Assembly (NCBI GenBank): GCA_947584775.1
Contig: CANPWT010000001.1
Span: 1-38,041, forward strand
Direction: 5' to 3'
From: an uncultured Clostridia bacterium
Lineage (GTDB): Bacteria; Bacillota; Clostridia; Christensenellales; UBA1242
Length of the DNA stretch: 38,041 bases
Shown here: positions 17,287 to 26,451 of the stretch, in pieces
How the letters are laid out: every line of letters begins with the position of its first letter
Position numbering within the stretch: position 1 is the first letter of the stretch
Program-made: the position numbers and the translations under genes
Notes under the pieces: model-generated
Told to the model about the DNA's origin: nothing
The model's database searches: none
What the model saw: the letters and a program-made list of their open reading frames with translations, nothing else

Positions 17287-17994
17287 TTATAAAGTGAGCC
17301 CGCCGTCCACTGTTATTACTTGGCCGGTTATAAAACTTGCCTCTTCACCAATTAAAAATTTAACAACATTTGCAACATCTTCTGGCGTGCCTATGCGATT
17401 TAATGGGGTAGATAAAACAATGTCGTTTATTTCTTGCTCATTTAGTTTTGTGTTCATCTTGCTTTTAATAAGCCCTGGGCAAATGGCATTAACCCTAATG
17501 TTAGATGGCCCAAGTTCTTTTGCCAAGGCCAGGGTAAAACTGTTTATTGCACCCTTGCTGGCAGAGTAAAGCGCCTCCATGCTAGCGCCAACCACACCCC
17601 ACATGGACGAAATGTTTACAATGCTACCCTGTTTTTGACTAATCATAAGCGGGGCAAGGTGCTTTGTTAAATAAAAATTAGTTTTAAAATTGTTGTCCAT
17701 AACAAAATTATAGTCTTTGCTGGTGCAATCTTGCACTTGTTTTATTAAAGAAACGCCCGCACAATTCACCAAGCCATAAATTGTGTGATATTTTTCTTTA
17801 ATTAAGTTTGCAAATTGTTCAACTTCCCGTTCAACAGATAAATCTATTTTATATGCCTGTGCGTTTAAACTTTTGGCAAGGGGAGTAATATCGTTTTTGT
17901 TATACAGCAAAATCAAATTGTAATTTTTGCTTAAACTGTTGGCTATTGCCTTGCCAATATCTCCGCTAGCGCCTGATATAATTACATTTTTCAT
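17287..17994 (-). CDS. SDR-family oxidoreductase (FabG-like 3-oxoacyl reductase)
   Basis: Track ORF 17287..18093. Start moved to ATG 17994 (MKNVIISGASGDIGKAIA) because the upstream 33 codons translate AT-rich promoter DNA. Motifs NCAGV, S...YSASK and CPGLI. Confidence 0.85.
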   Translation of the reverse strand: MKNVIISGASGDIGKAIANSLSKNYNLILLYNKNDITPLAKSLNAQAYKIDLSVEREVEQFANLIKEKYHTIYGLVNCAGVSLIKQVQDCTSKDYNFVMDNNFKTNFYLTKHLAPLMISQKQGSIVNISSMWGVVGASMEALYSASKGAINSFTLALAKELGPSNIRVNAICPGLIKSKMNTKLNEQEINDIVLSTPLNRIGTPEDVANVVKFLIGEEASFITGQVITVDGGLTL

Positions 17995-18001
17995 ATTATA
18001 T

Positions 18002-18030
18002 ATTTTATCAAAAAATTTTTTGCTTTTCAA
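18002..18030 (-). promoter_or_regulatory. promoter abutting SDR ATG (predicted leaderless)
   Basis: Minus strand: TTGAAA (18030-18025), 17 nt, TGaTAAAAT (-10 at 18007-18002), 7 nt, ATG 17994. Confidence 0.6.
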
Positions 18031-18199
18031 TAAAATTTTTAATTTTTTATAAAAATTATTAAAAAATTGCATATTTTTGTTAATTTTTTTCAACTTTTTG
18101 CCAAATTTTTAATATTTTTAAAAAATTTTTAATAAAAAACCAATAAAAAACCACCATTTTTTAAACCAATTAAATTGTTTGGTGCAGATTTAAAAAATA

Positions 18200-18228
18200 T
18201 TGACAACTATATAAAAAAGAATTATAAT
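18200..18228 (+). promoter_or_regulatory. consensus promoter abutting ATG 18235 (predicted leaderless)
   Basis: TTGACA (18200-18205), 17 nt, TATAAT (18223-18228), 6 nt, ATG 18235. An A-tract lies just upstream of the -35. Confidence 0.7.
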
Positions 18229-18234
18229 ATTTAT

Positions 18235-19116
18235 ATGAAAAAGTTTTTTAAAGCACTTTTAATTTTGGTTTTGGTTGTGGCGTCTATAGGTGGCACATGT
18301 TATTTCTTTTATAAAAACTTAACCGTTAAAAAAGATAGTTACGCCCTAACCAGCAACTTTTTGCTAAGTGGTGATAAGGATGAAGTTTATTCCGATTTAG
18401 ATAAAATTCATTTGCAACTTGCCGATTTAGGCGATTCCCGCTTTGTAGAACCTATTAAAACAATAAATAACATGGATGCAATTGCAAGCGGTTTGGCCAA
18501 TTATTTAATAGACGCCAAAGAATACGATTTGGACGAAAACAAAATTGCCAGCAATTTAAACACATTAATTGCCAAATTAAACAGCGTTTCTAACATGATT
18601 GAAGAATTTAACATCAAGGCTAAAAATGTTGAATTTAACAAAACCACAGGTGCAAACGATTTATACAAGGGTGTTGCAAATTATATTGTTGCATACTGCG
18701 GGTTAATAGACAGTATGAATAATGAAGTTAACAAAATTTTAGTTAACAAAAATGTGGATTTAAAATTTGCCATATATGAAATTTATTCTAACAGTTGCAA
18801 AAGGATTTTTGGCGAGTTTAACACAGAAAATAGTTTAGTTTCCGTGGTAAATGAGGGCAATTTATCTTTCTTTAACCGCACATTCAATTTTGTTGCGGAC
18901 ACTAATTTGCAGGGCAATCACAACAATGGCTTTTCAATTGAACGCAACAAGTTTTTATCTGCTTACAACAAATGCAATAAATCTGATTTTGCTTACAATT
19001 TAGTTGCCCCAGACTATAATAATTTAGATTTTGTGGATGGCATGACTGAGGAAGAGGCGCTAACCAATACTGATGAAGTTCTTGCAACATATTACTTTAA
19101 AAGGATATTTTTGTAA
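18235..19116 (+). CDS. membrane-anchored helical extracytoplasmic protein, unknown function
   Basis: Track ORF 18175..19116. Start moved to ATG 18235 (MKKFFKALLILVLVVASIGG, an N-terminal TM anchor). Paralogous to the next gene. Confidence 0.6.
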   Translation: MKKFFKALLILVLVVASIGGTCYFFYKNLTVKKDSYALTSNFLLSGDKDEVYSDLDKIHLQLADLGDSRFVEPIKTINNMDAIASGLANYLIDAKEYDLDENKIASNLNTLIAKLNSVSNMIEEFNIKAKNVEFNKTTGANDLYKGVANYIVAYCGLIDSMNNEVNKILVNKNVDLKFAIYEIYSNSCKRIFGEFNTENSLVSVVNEGNLSFFNRTFNFVADTNLQGNHNNGFSIERNKFLSAYNKCNKSDFAYNLVAPDYNNLDFVDGMTEEEALTNTDEVLATYYFKRIFL

Positions 19117-20213
19117 TGAAAAAAGTTTTAAACAAAACCTTAATTAGTTTAATTTTGTGCTGTATGTTAATTGCCTGCACAGTTTTGTTTGTTTCGTGCG
19201 GGGAAAAGAAAACAGGGTATGATTTAACCCAAATTGACGAGGAATTTAAATCTATCAAATATCAAAATATCTCAGTAGATGCCAACACCAACCAAATTAT
19301 TATCTCTTATAGTGATTTGCTTTTAGAGTCGGGTGAGGCGTATTTACAAAGTTTAATAAACAACACCCAAACCGCATATTCAATTATAAACAACTACAAC
19401 GCAATGGTGCAAAATTCAGTTAAATTTGCCTCCATCTACATCGATGCTTGTTCTAATGCAAAAAATGTAAATACAAATTTAGCAAACAAAACCAAAGCGG
19501 ATTTAGATAGCCTAAACACTAGTTTAAACAACTTAAATAAAGATATAATAATCCTTGCGGACCGAATTAATTTTGTAAAAACCACAGGCGGCGATGAAAC
19601 GGACGAAGAGTGCTTATCCAGGCTAGAACAATTGTTAAAAACATACGCAATTTCACTGCAAAAATGTTACAATTTTAATGACGATTTAACTTCAATTTAT
19701 TTTGATTATTGCCTAACCAATGCCAAAAAGGATTACACCAATGTTGGAATAGATAGTTTTAACGAAAACGAAGGCTTGGCGAACTTAAATGCAAGGCTAG
19801 CCGAACAGGTTTCTAATTTAACTCACTCGTATTTTGAAAACAATTTAAAAGGGGACGAGGTTGCAGAACAGTTAACACAAGAAAACAAAACTTCGTTTGA
19901 AACTAGTTTTGGCTATGCAGAATATAAATCTAAATTGGACAGTATTAACAGAACTTACACTGAAATAAAAAGTGAACAAAAGCAAGATTTATTAAATATA
20001 AACATCCTTTTATACAACTATCAGGCAGTTATGGCCAACGAGCGTTCAATGTATAGAAAGGCGAGCGATTCCATCGACTATGTAACAGTTTTAAACGACC
20101 CAAATGCAACAATAGAGCAGCGTTCAAAACAATCAATAATTTTTAATCACTATAAATTGTTAACTGAATTTAACAGTAGTATATCTTCCGCGTTAGCACG
20201 GCTAGGAGTTTAA
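19116..20213 (+). CDS. putative lipoprotein, unknown function (paralog of upstream gene)
   Basis: TAATG overlap with the upstream gene. Signal peptide with lipobox LFVSC. Shares blocks with 18235..19116: INNYNAM vs INNMDAI, and FVKTTGGDE vs FNKTTGAND. Confidence 0.6.
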   Translation: MKKVLNKTLISLILCCMLIACTVLFVSCGEKKTGYDLTQIDEEFKSIKYQNISVDANTNQIIISYSDLLLESGEAYLQSLINNTQTAYSIINNYNAMVQNSVKFASIYIDACSNAKNVNTNLANKTKADLDSLNTSLNNLNKDIIILADRINFVKTTGGDETDEECLSRLEQLLKTYAISLQKCYNFNDDLTSIYFDYCLTNAKKDYTNVGIDSFNENEGLANLNARLAEQVSNLTHSYFENNLKGDEVAEQLTQENKTSFETSFGYAEYKSKLDSINRTYTEIKSEQKQDLLNINILLYNYQAVMANERSMYRKASDSIDYVTVLNDPNATIEQRSKQSIIFNHYKLLTEFNSSISSALARLGV

Positions 20214-21875
20214 ATGACACAATCCGAACTTGACGAATTAGCAAATTTGCTTTACCCAAACGCAAAGGATAGTTCGTACTATTTAAAAAAATATAAAAAG
20301 CGTGCAGTAAAAGGTGAGGTTACGCGTATTGCGCCCAGCCCTACCGGTTATTTGCACATCGGCCAACTTTATCAGGCGCTAGTGCACAGGCTGCTTGCCA
20401 ACACCACTGACGGCGTTTTTTATATGCGCCTTGAAGACACGGACAATAAGCGGGAAGTGGACAAGGCGGGCGAAATTGCCTATGATATGCTTGTTCGCTT
20501 TGGTCTAACGCCGGACGAAGGCTATCGTGGCGCACAGCCAGAGATTGGCGAATATGGCCCATATGTTCAAAGCAAAAGGTTGGAGATTTACTATGCTTTT
20601 GCAAAGGATATTGTAAAATCGGGCAACGCTTTCCCGTGTTTTTGTTTGGCAACTGAAAACAAGCAAGAAATTTTGCAAAAACGCGAAGAAGAATTAAAGG
20701 AAACGGGCGGCCTTGAAGTAAAAGACCCATGCAGAAATTTAACCCTTGTCCAAATTAAAGAAAATTTAAAGGCTGGCAAAAAATTTGCTTTAAGGCTAAA
20801 ATCTAGCGGGGACGTGAATAAAACGCACGAATTTGTTGACGCTATTAAAGGCAAAAAAGAGATGAGGGAAAACGCCAAGGACGATGTTTTAATAAAATCG
20901 GACGGCGTGCCGGTTTACGCTTTTGCGCATGTTGTTGACGATACGCTAATGGGCACAACCACAGTTATTCGCGGGCAGGAGTGGTTTCAATCTTTGCCTG
21001 TGCATCTAGAACTTGCCAGGGCTATGGGGCTTGCTCAATTTAAATATGCCCACACCCCAAACATTTGCGTGCTGGACGAAAACGGAAACAAGCGTAAAAT
21101 TAGCAAGCGCAAAGATAGTTTTGCCGATGTAAGGTTCTTTTTAAAGCAAGGATACCCAACCACGGCGGTGATTGAATATTTGCTAAACTTGTTGAATAGC
21201 GATTTTGAAACATGGCGAAAAAACAATCCAACCCTGCCATACACAGATTTTCCATTTAACATTAATAAAATTGGGGTGGCTAACCCGCTTTTCGATTTTG
21301 CAAAGTTGAATGATATTTCTAAATCTATAATTTCGCGCTACACGGCCGAGCAAGTGTATTCCTCTGCGCTAGACTGGGCAAAAGAGTGGAATAAATTAGA
21401 TTATGAAACAATAAAAAGCAACAAAACAAATTTAATTAAAGTTTTTTCAATAGACCGCGGCGGGGAACGGCCAAGGAAAGATATAACCAAATTTGACGAA
21501 ATAATTTCGCTTTACGATTATGTTTTGCCGTCATTTAAGCCTAAATTTAGCGTCAATTTAGGGCAAGTAAACAAAGAAAAGTTGATTGCTTTTTTAACCG
21601 ATTATGAAAATAATTATACCATACTTGCGGACAATAGCCAATGGTTTGATTTTGTTAAAATTACTGCATTAAAATATAATTTTGTAGATAATAAAACCTA
21701 TAAACAAAGCCCAAGTGCATATGCAGGCAACATAACCGATGCAACAAAATTTATTCGCCTTGCCATAACAGGCAAAGAAAACAGCCCAGAACTTTATTCA
21801 ATTATGAAAATTTTGGGCGAGCAAACTTGTAAATCTCGCTTGCAAGATTTAATAGATTATCTTAAAGCAAATTAG
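20214..21875 (+). CDS. gltX: glutamate--tRNA ligase (long form)
   Basis: ATG directly after the upstream TAA. IAPSPTGYLHIGQ (HIGH), RLEDTDNKRE, RGQEWFQSLPVH and KISKRK (KMSKS). 553 aa. Confidence 0.9.
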   Translation: MTQSELDELANLLYPNAKDSSYYLKKYKKRAVKGEVTRIAPSPTGYLHIGQLYQALVHRLLANTTDGVFYMRLEDTDNKREVDKAGEIAYDMLVRFGLTPDEGYRGAQPEIGEYGPYVQSKRLEIYYAFAKDIVKSGNAFPCFCLATENKQEILQKREEELKETGGLEVKDPCRNLTLVQIKENLKAGKKFALRLKSSGDVNKTHEFVDAIKGKKEMRENAKDDVLIKSDGVPVYAFAHVVDDTLMGTTTVIRGQEWFQSLPVHLELARAMGLAQFKYAHTPNICVLDENGNKRKISKRKDSFADVRFFLKQGYPTTAVIEYLLNLLNSDFETWRKNNPTLPYTDFPFNINKIGVANPLFDFAKLNDISKSIISRYTAEQVYSSALDWAKEWNKLDYETIKSNKTNLIKVFSIDRGGERPRKDITKFDEIISLYDYVLPSFKPKFSVNLGQVNKEKLIAFLTDYENNYTILADNSQWFDFVKITALKYNFVDNKTYKQSPSAYAGNITDATKFIRLAITGKENSPELYSIMKILGEQTCKSRLQDLIDYLKAN

Positions 21876-21899
21876 CCCACACGGGCTTTTTTGTTTTTG
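21874..21899 (+). terminator. intrinsic terminator after gltX
   Basis: Stem AGCCC/GGGCT, loop ACAC, T-run. Confidence 0.8.
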
Positions 21900-21952
21900 T
21901 AAAGTTTACTTTTTTTTAACTATTGGTTATAATTAAACAGATAGGAGGCAAA

Positions 21953-22429
21953 ATGGCAACACGAAAAACTGCAACAAAAACAAAAAAACAAGTTAGCATT
22001 GACTTAGATTTAAACTTAACCAAATCTCAAACCAAAAAAGTTAAATCCACCATTAAAAAAACGCCCGTTGGCTTGCTGGTTTGCACATTGGTTATGCTGT
22101 TTTTAAGCGTATTTGCCGGCGGAGTCATTGGTCATTTTTTAACCAAAAATGATTGCTTTGAACTGATTGGCGAGGAAGAGGTTAGTTTACGCGTTGGCGA
22201 AGTTTATGTCGACCAAGGGGCAAAAGTTATTGCTTTTAACAAAGACGTTAGCAATAAACTAAACATCTCTACCAATTTAAAATTGACCGAGGCTGGCTAC
22301 TCTGCCGATGAGGTTGGCACATATTATATTGTTTACACCGTTAATCATTTTAAATACAACTCCATTTTTAAAATTAAAAAGGTTAGGCTGGTGCATTTTG
22401 TAGAGCCAAGCGAGGATGTGGAGGAATAA
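21953..22429 (+). CDS. single-pass membrane protein with Ig-like (DUF5011-like) ectodomain
   Basis: Track ORF 21923..22429. Start moved to ATG 21953 after an AGGAGG SD. K/T-rich N-terminus and one TM. VGEVYVDQGAKVIAF...VGTYYIVYTV resembles a bacterial Ig-like domain pattern. Confidence 0.5.
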   Translation: MATRKTATKTKKQVSIDLDLNLTKSQTKKVKSTIKKTPVGLLVCTLVMLFLSVFAGGVIGHFLTKNDCFELIGEEEVSLRVGEVYVDQGAKVIAFNKDVSNKLNISTNLKLTEAGYSADEVGTYYIVYTVNHFKYNSIFKIKKVRLVHFVEPSEDVEE

Positions 22430-23583
22430 TGAGCAAAGCAATTAGAAACATTATTGTTATAACAATTTCCATTATAGTTGGCTTGTCTGTTGGCTTTTTG
22501 GGCGTGGTGTATTATAAACTTCCACAAACGGAAGAACTAATTGTTGGCGAACAAACTTTTTATTCATCCACGCCGTCAAGTGTAAGTAGCAACCCAATTG
22601 CTTTTTCGTCTGGCGAGTTATCTATTCATTTTTTAGAGTTGGGCAATAAATACACAGGGGATTCCACCTACATAAAATTGGGCGATTTAGACATTTTAAT
22701 TGACTGCGGCAGTAAAACAAACAGCATTTCAACTGTAACCAATTACATCAATCAATATGTAACGGACAACACGCTTGAATATGTTATTGTAACCCATGCC
22801 CACACCGACCATTTTGCCGGCTTTGCAACCAGCCAAAAAATGGATAGCATTTTTGATTTATACACAACAAAAAACATTATAGATTTTGGTTCGGGAGTAA
22901 AGGATAGTTCCCGCGCGGTGTATTCAAATTATGTTCGCGAGCGCGATGCCGAAATTAGCGCGGGCGCAAATTATATAGATGCTTCTCTCATTAGCGCAAA
23001 CAACAACAAAATTATTGAACTTGCACCAAATTTTACGCTGGAAATTTTGTATAACCAATTTTACACAACAAAAAATTCTAAAAACGAAAACAACTATTCA
23101 GTTTGCACCTTGTTTACATATTTCAATCAGCATTTTTTATTCACGGGGGATTTAGAAAAAGAGGGTGAGGAATTGCTTGTTCAAAACAATGTTAGCATAC
23201 AAAAACAATCCTTGCCAGAGGGCGTTGAACTTTACAAGGCTGGGCATCATGGCAGCGCCACTTCATCTAGCCAAATTTTATTAGAAAACATCCACCCACA
23301 ACACGTTTGCGTTTGCTGCTGTGCGGGAAGTTCGGAATACACCACAAATGTTTTAAACCAATTCCCAACCCAAGATTTTATTAACCGCGTGGCACAATAT
23401 ACAGACGAAATTTATGTAACAACACTTTGCCTAGATTACGATGCGGGCAATTTTACTTCGTTTAATGGCAACATAATTATAATAACGGACGGCAACAATT
23501 TTTCGTTGAAGTGCACATATAATACGACAAAATTAAAAGATACGGATTGGTTTAAACAATATCGCACCTGGCCCACAAGTTAG
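22429..23583 (+). CDS. membrane-anchored MBL-fold hydrolase, ComEC/Rec2 C-terminal-domain-like
   Basis: TAATG overlap with the upstream gene. N-terminal TM. LIDCGS, VTHAHTDHFAGF (HxHxDH), LFTGDLEKEGE and YKAGHHGSATSS. Confidence 0.75.
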   Translation: MSKAIRNIIVITISIIVGLSVGFLGVVYYKLPQTEELIVGEQTFYSSTPSSVSSNPIAFSSGELSIHFLELGNKYTGDSTYIKLGDLDILIDCGSKTNSISTVTNYINQYVTDNTLEYVIVTHAHTDHFAGFATSQKMDSIFDLYTTKNIIDFGSGVKDSSRAVYSNYVRERDAEISAGANYIDASLISANNNKIIELAPNFTLEILYNQFYTTKNSKNENNYSVCTLFTYFNQHFLFTGDLEKEGEELLVQNNVSIQKQSLPEGVELYKAGHHGSATSSSQILLENIHPQHVCVCCCAGSSEYTTNVLNQFPTQDFINRVAQYTDEIYVTTLCLDYDAGNFTSFNGNIIIITDGNNFSLKCTYNTTKLKDTDWFKQYRTWPTS

Positions 23584-23586
23584 CAT

Positions 23587-23616
23587 AAAAAAATCACGCA
23601 CACGGCGTGGTTTTTT
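23587..23616. terminator. bidirectional intrinsic terminator
   Basis: A7, stem CACGC/GCGTG, T6. It lies between convergent genes. Confidence 0.75.
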
Positions 23617-23854
23617 AAAATTGCTGATAAACATTATATTGATTATTGCTGTTTACACCCAACAAATAATCGCACGAAACATTAAACACTTTTGCCAAAC
23701 CTGTAAGCGCAATCAAACTTGGGCAACCTTTATTGCGCTCCCAAATTGAAACATTGTCCTGCGAGGTTTTAAGCCTGCTTGCTAGTTGCGCTTGTGTTAA
23801 TTTGTTTTGTTGCCTTAACTGTTTAATTTTAGTTCCGATGTCAAGTTTTTCCAT
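23615..23854 (-). CDS. XRE-family helix-turn-helix transcriptional regulator
   Basis: 79 aa. IKQLRQQNKLTQAQLASRLKTSQDNVSIWERNK is a classic Cro/C1-type HTH. Confidence 0.85.
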   Translation of the reverse strand: MEKLDIGTKIKQLRQQNKLTQAQLASRLKTSQDNVSIWERNKGCPSLIALTGLAKVFNVSCDYLLGVNSNNQYNVYQQF

Positions 23855-23860
23855 AGTGGT

Positions 23861-23889
23861 ATTATAAACTACAAAGTGGTGCTTGTCAA
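23861..23889 (-). promoter_or_regulatory. consensus promoter abutting XRE ATG (predicted leaderless)
   Basis: Minus strand: TTGACA (23889-23884), 17 nt, TATAAT (23866-23861), 6 nt, ATG 23854. Confidence 0.7.
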
Positions 23890-23918
23890 TATGTGTAAAT
23901 AAAAAAATTTAAAATTTT

Positions 23919-24719
23919 TTAAAAGAAAATTAGCAACACTAAACTTAGTGCAATCAAATAAATTGCAAAATAGTAAAGTTTGTTTTTGTTAACAAGTTTT
24001 AGCATAATCTTTATTGAAAGTATGCCAAAAATAAACGAGGTTATCATAACAATAAATATGCCCGCCCAATTAATGCTGAGTTGACAAGAAAACAGTTTTA
24101 CTCCCTCGTAAACCGCGCTGGCAATAATGATTGGAATAGACATTAAAAAGGAAAAATCTAACGCCTTTTCCTTATTCACGCCAAGCAGCAACCCGCACAC
24201 CAAAGTTGACCCGCTTCTGCTTATTCCTGGCAACAGCGCGCACCCTTGCGCCAAGCCCATAAAAAAGGCGTTGCGCTTGTTTAGCGGTTTGTTATTTTCC
24301 TTTTTCAAATCGGCAATAATTAACAGCACGCTAGAAATTAAAAAGCCCCAAACCAAAGTGTGCACGGCAAAATTTGCCTCTAAAAATTTATTAAACAGCA
24401 GAACTATTACAACGGTTGGAATGGTGGCAATTATTAGGTTTATATAAATGTTTCGGTTTTCGTTAGGTATTAGTTTTTCGCGCTTAAAAACGCTACCAAC
24501 ATCGCGCCCAAATTGCCCAAACAATTCGCCAAGCCGCTTGCGATAACAAAATATAACGGCAAACAACGTGCCAATGTGCGCCACAACGCTAATTAAAAGC
24601 AGGTTGTCCAAACTAAAAAATGAGCCAATCATAACAATGTGCCCGCTGGACGAAATTGGCAAAAACTCGGTTATGCCCTGAATAAAACCAATTATGAAAT
24701 ATAAAAAGGCGTTAATCAC
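23919..24719 (-). CDS. uppP: undecaprenyl-diphosphate phosphatase
   Basis: GTG start. EFLPISSSGH and PGISRSGST motifs. Polytopic membrane protein, 266 aa. Confidence 0.92.
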   Translation of the reverse strand: MINAFLYFIIGFIQGITEFLPISSSGHIVMIGSFFSLDNLLLISVVAHIGTLFAVIFCYRKRLGELFGQFGRDVGSVFKREKLIPNENRNIYINLIIATIPTVVIVLLFNKFLEANFAVHTLVWGFLISSVLLIIADLKKENNKPLNKRNAFFMGLAQGCALLPGISRSGSTLVCGLLLGVNKEKALDFSFLMSIPIIIASAVYEGVKLFSCQLSINWAGIFIVMITSFIFGILSIKIMLKLVNKNKLYYFAIYLIALSLVLLIFF

Positions 24720-24787
24720 TTGAAAAAATCCTCAAATTATTATATTATTATTACACAAATAAAATACATACACTTTAAGGAGTTGAA

Positions 24788-25882
24788 ATGAAATTAGGCG
24801 TTGTGGGGCTGCCAAATGTTGGCAAAAGCACATTATTTAACGCAATAACCAAGGCGGGGGCGGAAAGTGCAAATTATCCGTTTTGCACAATCGAGCCCAA
24901 TGTTGGCGTGGTGGACGTTGCGGACGATAGGCTAAACAAACTTGCCCAACTTTACAACACAAAAAAAATTGTGCCCGCACAAATTGAATTTGTAGATATT
25001 GCTGGCCTGGTTAAAGGCGCAAGCGAGGGCGCGGGGCTTGGCAACAAATTTTTAAGCCATATTAGGGAAGTGGACGCAATTGTGCACGTTGTGCGGGTAT
25101 TTAAAAATGATAAAATTATTCACGTTGAAGGCAGCATTGACCCGGTTAGAGATATCGAAACCATTAATTTGGAACTTATTTTGTCTGATATAGACAGCGC
25201 CACCAAGCGTTTAGATAAAATTAAAAAACAAGTGTTGGGGGGAGGGGCAGACCAGGCCACAATTAAGGAATATGACTTGCTAAATTTAATTTTAAACACC
25301 TTAAAGGCGGAAAAACCAGTTAGAACGCTACATTTTAGCGAGGAAGATAAAAAGATTGTGGATGGCTTCTTTTTAATAACCAACAAACCAATAATTTATG
25401 TTGCCAACACCTCGGACGAACTTGACAATTTTCAGTTGGAAAACATACAAAAAATAAATAAACTTGCACTTAGTGAGCAAGCGGAAGTTATTTCGCTTTG
25501 CGCCAAAACGGAAGAGGAACTTATTAACATGCCGGCCGAAGATAGGGAAATGTTTATGCAAGAACTTAACATAGATTGCTCCGGGCTGGACAAACTAATA
25601 GTGGCAAGTTATCATTTGCTTGGCTTAATCAGTTTTATAACGGCAGGGGAAAAGGAAGTGCACGCCTGGACCATCCGCCGTGGCACACTAGCCCCACAAG
25701 CAGCCGGCAAAATTCACACCGATTTCGAGCGCGGGTTTATTCGTGCCGATGTTGTAAAATATGACGATTTAATTACACTTGGCGATTATAACCTTTGCAG
25801 GGAAAAGGGCAAAATAATTTCCGCCGGCAAAGATTATGTTGTGCAAGACGGCGATATAATTGTGTTCAAATTTAATGTTTAG
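24788..25882 (+). CDS. ychF: ribosome-binding ATPase YchF
   Basis: [33 protein letters not shown] and a C-terminal TGS-like IIVFKFNV. 364 aa. Confidence 0.95.
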   Translation: MKLGVVGLPNVGKSTLFNAITKAGAESANYPFCTIEPNVGVVDVADDRLNKLAQLYNTKKIVPAQIEFVDIAGLVKGASEGAGLGNKFLSHIREVDAIVHVVRVFKNDKIIHVEGSIDPVRDIETINLELILSDIDSATKRLDKIKKQVLGGGADQATIKEYDLLNLILNTLKAEKPVRTLHFSEEDKKIVDGFFLITNKPIIYVANTSDELDNFQLENIQKINKLALSEQAEVISLCAKTEEELINMPAEDREMFMQELNIDCSGLDKLIVASYHLLGLISFITAGEKEVHAWTIRRGTLAPQAAGKIHTDFERGFIRADVVKYDDLITLGDYNLCREKGKIISAGKDYVVQDGDIIVFKFNV

Positions 25883-25890
25883 GAGCATTT

Positions 25891-26424
25891 ATGCGGGAAG
25901 TTAAAAAGGGTAAGTTAATTAAAAAAATAGAAATTTACACCAGGCAATATTCAACCTCACTTGCAATTTGGTTGCTGTTGTTTAATGCCTTGCTTTGGAT
26001 TTCGCTAATAGAAGTTGTTTCTAGCGTAAAAAATTTATTTTCAATAATTTTAACCAGCCTAATTTTTATCTTTTGCCTGGTGTTTAGCATAATAACTTTT
26101 GTGCGCGCCAAAAAAATGCATAAATACGAATTATATGAAAATGCCATTGTGCTGCACTCCCTGTGGGACGAGCAAACAATAGACCTTAACAATGTAATAA
26201 AAGTTGTGCCTAATCAAAACATGCTTAACAAATATGGCACAAACGCAATTCAAACTTTAACACTGTTTTATCTAGATAAAGGCATACGCAAAGTTACCCT
26301 AAAATTTGTTAAAACCAATGTTTACGAACTAGCAATTACAATTTCCACCCGCATTGCCGAATTGCGCAATCTTCAAAACGACACCCGCTTAAAAGTTATG
26401 GAACAAAACTTTCAAAACTATTAA
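25891..26424 (+). CDS. membrane protein with possible bacterial PH-like (bPH) domain
   Basis: AGGAG SD. Two TM helices followed by YELYENAIVLHS...LTLFYLD. The domain call is tentative. Confidence 0.45.
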   Translation: MREVKKGKLIKKIEIYTRQYSTSLAIWLLLFNALLWISLIEVVSSVKNLFSIILTSLIFIFCLVFSIITFVRAKKMHKYELYENAIVLHSLWDEQTIDLNNVIKVVPNQNMLNKYGTNAIQTLTLFYLDKGIRKVTLKFVKTNVYELAITISTRIAELRNLQNDTRLKVMEQNFQNY

Positions 26425-26450
26425 AAAAAAGCCAACCTCTGGCTTTTTTT
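26423..26450. terminator. bidirectional intrinsic terminator
   Basis: A8, stem AGCCA/TGGCT, T7. Confidence 0.75.
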
Positions 26451-26451
26451 G

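Noticed and set aside
16206-18234. Replication origin (AT-rich DNA-unwinding element plus DnaA boxes).
   Set aside because: I found no TTATCCACA/TGTGGATAA-like boxes in or next to any AT-rich region, and dnaA/dnaN are not present. The only near match (TTATCCCCA at 15-23) is isolated.
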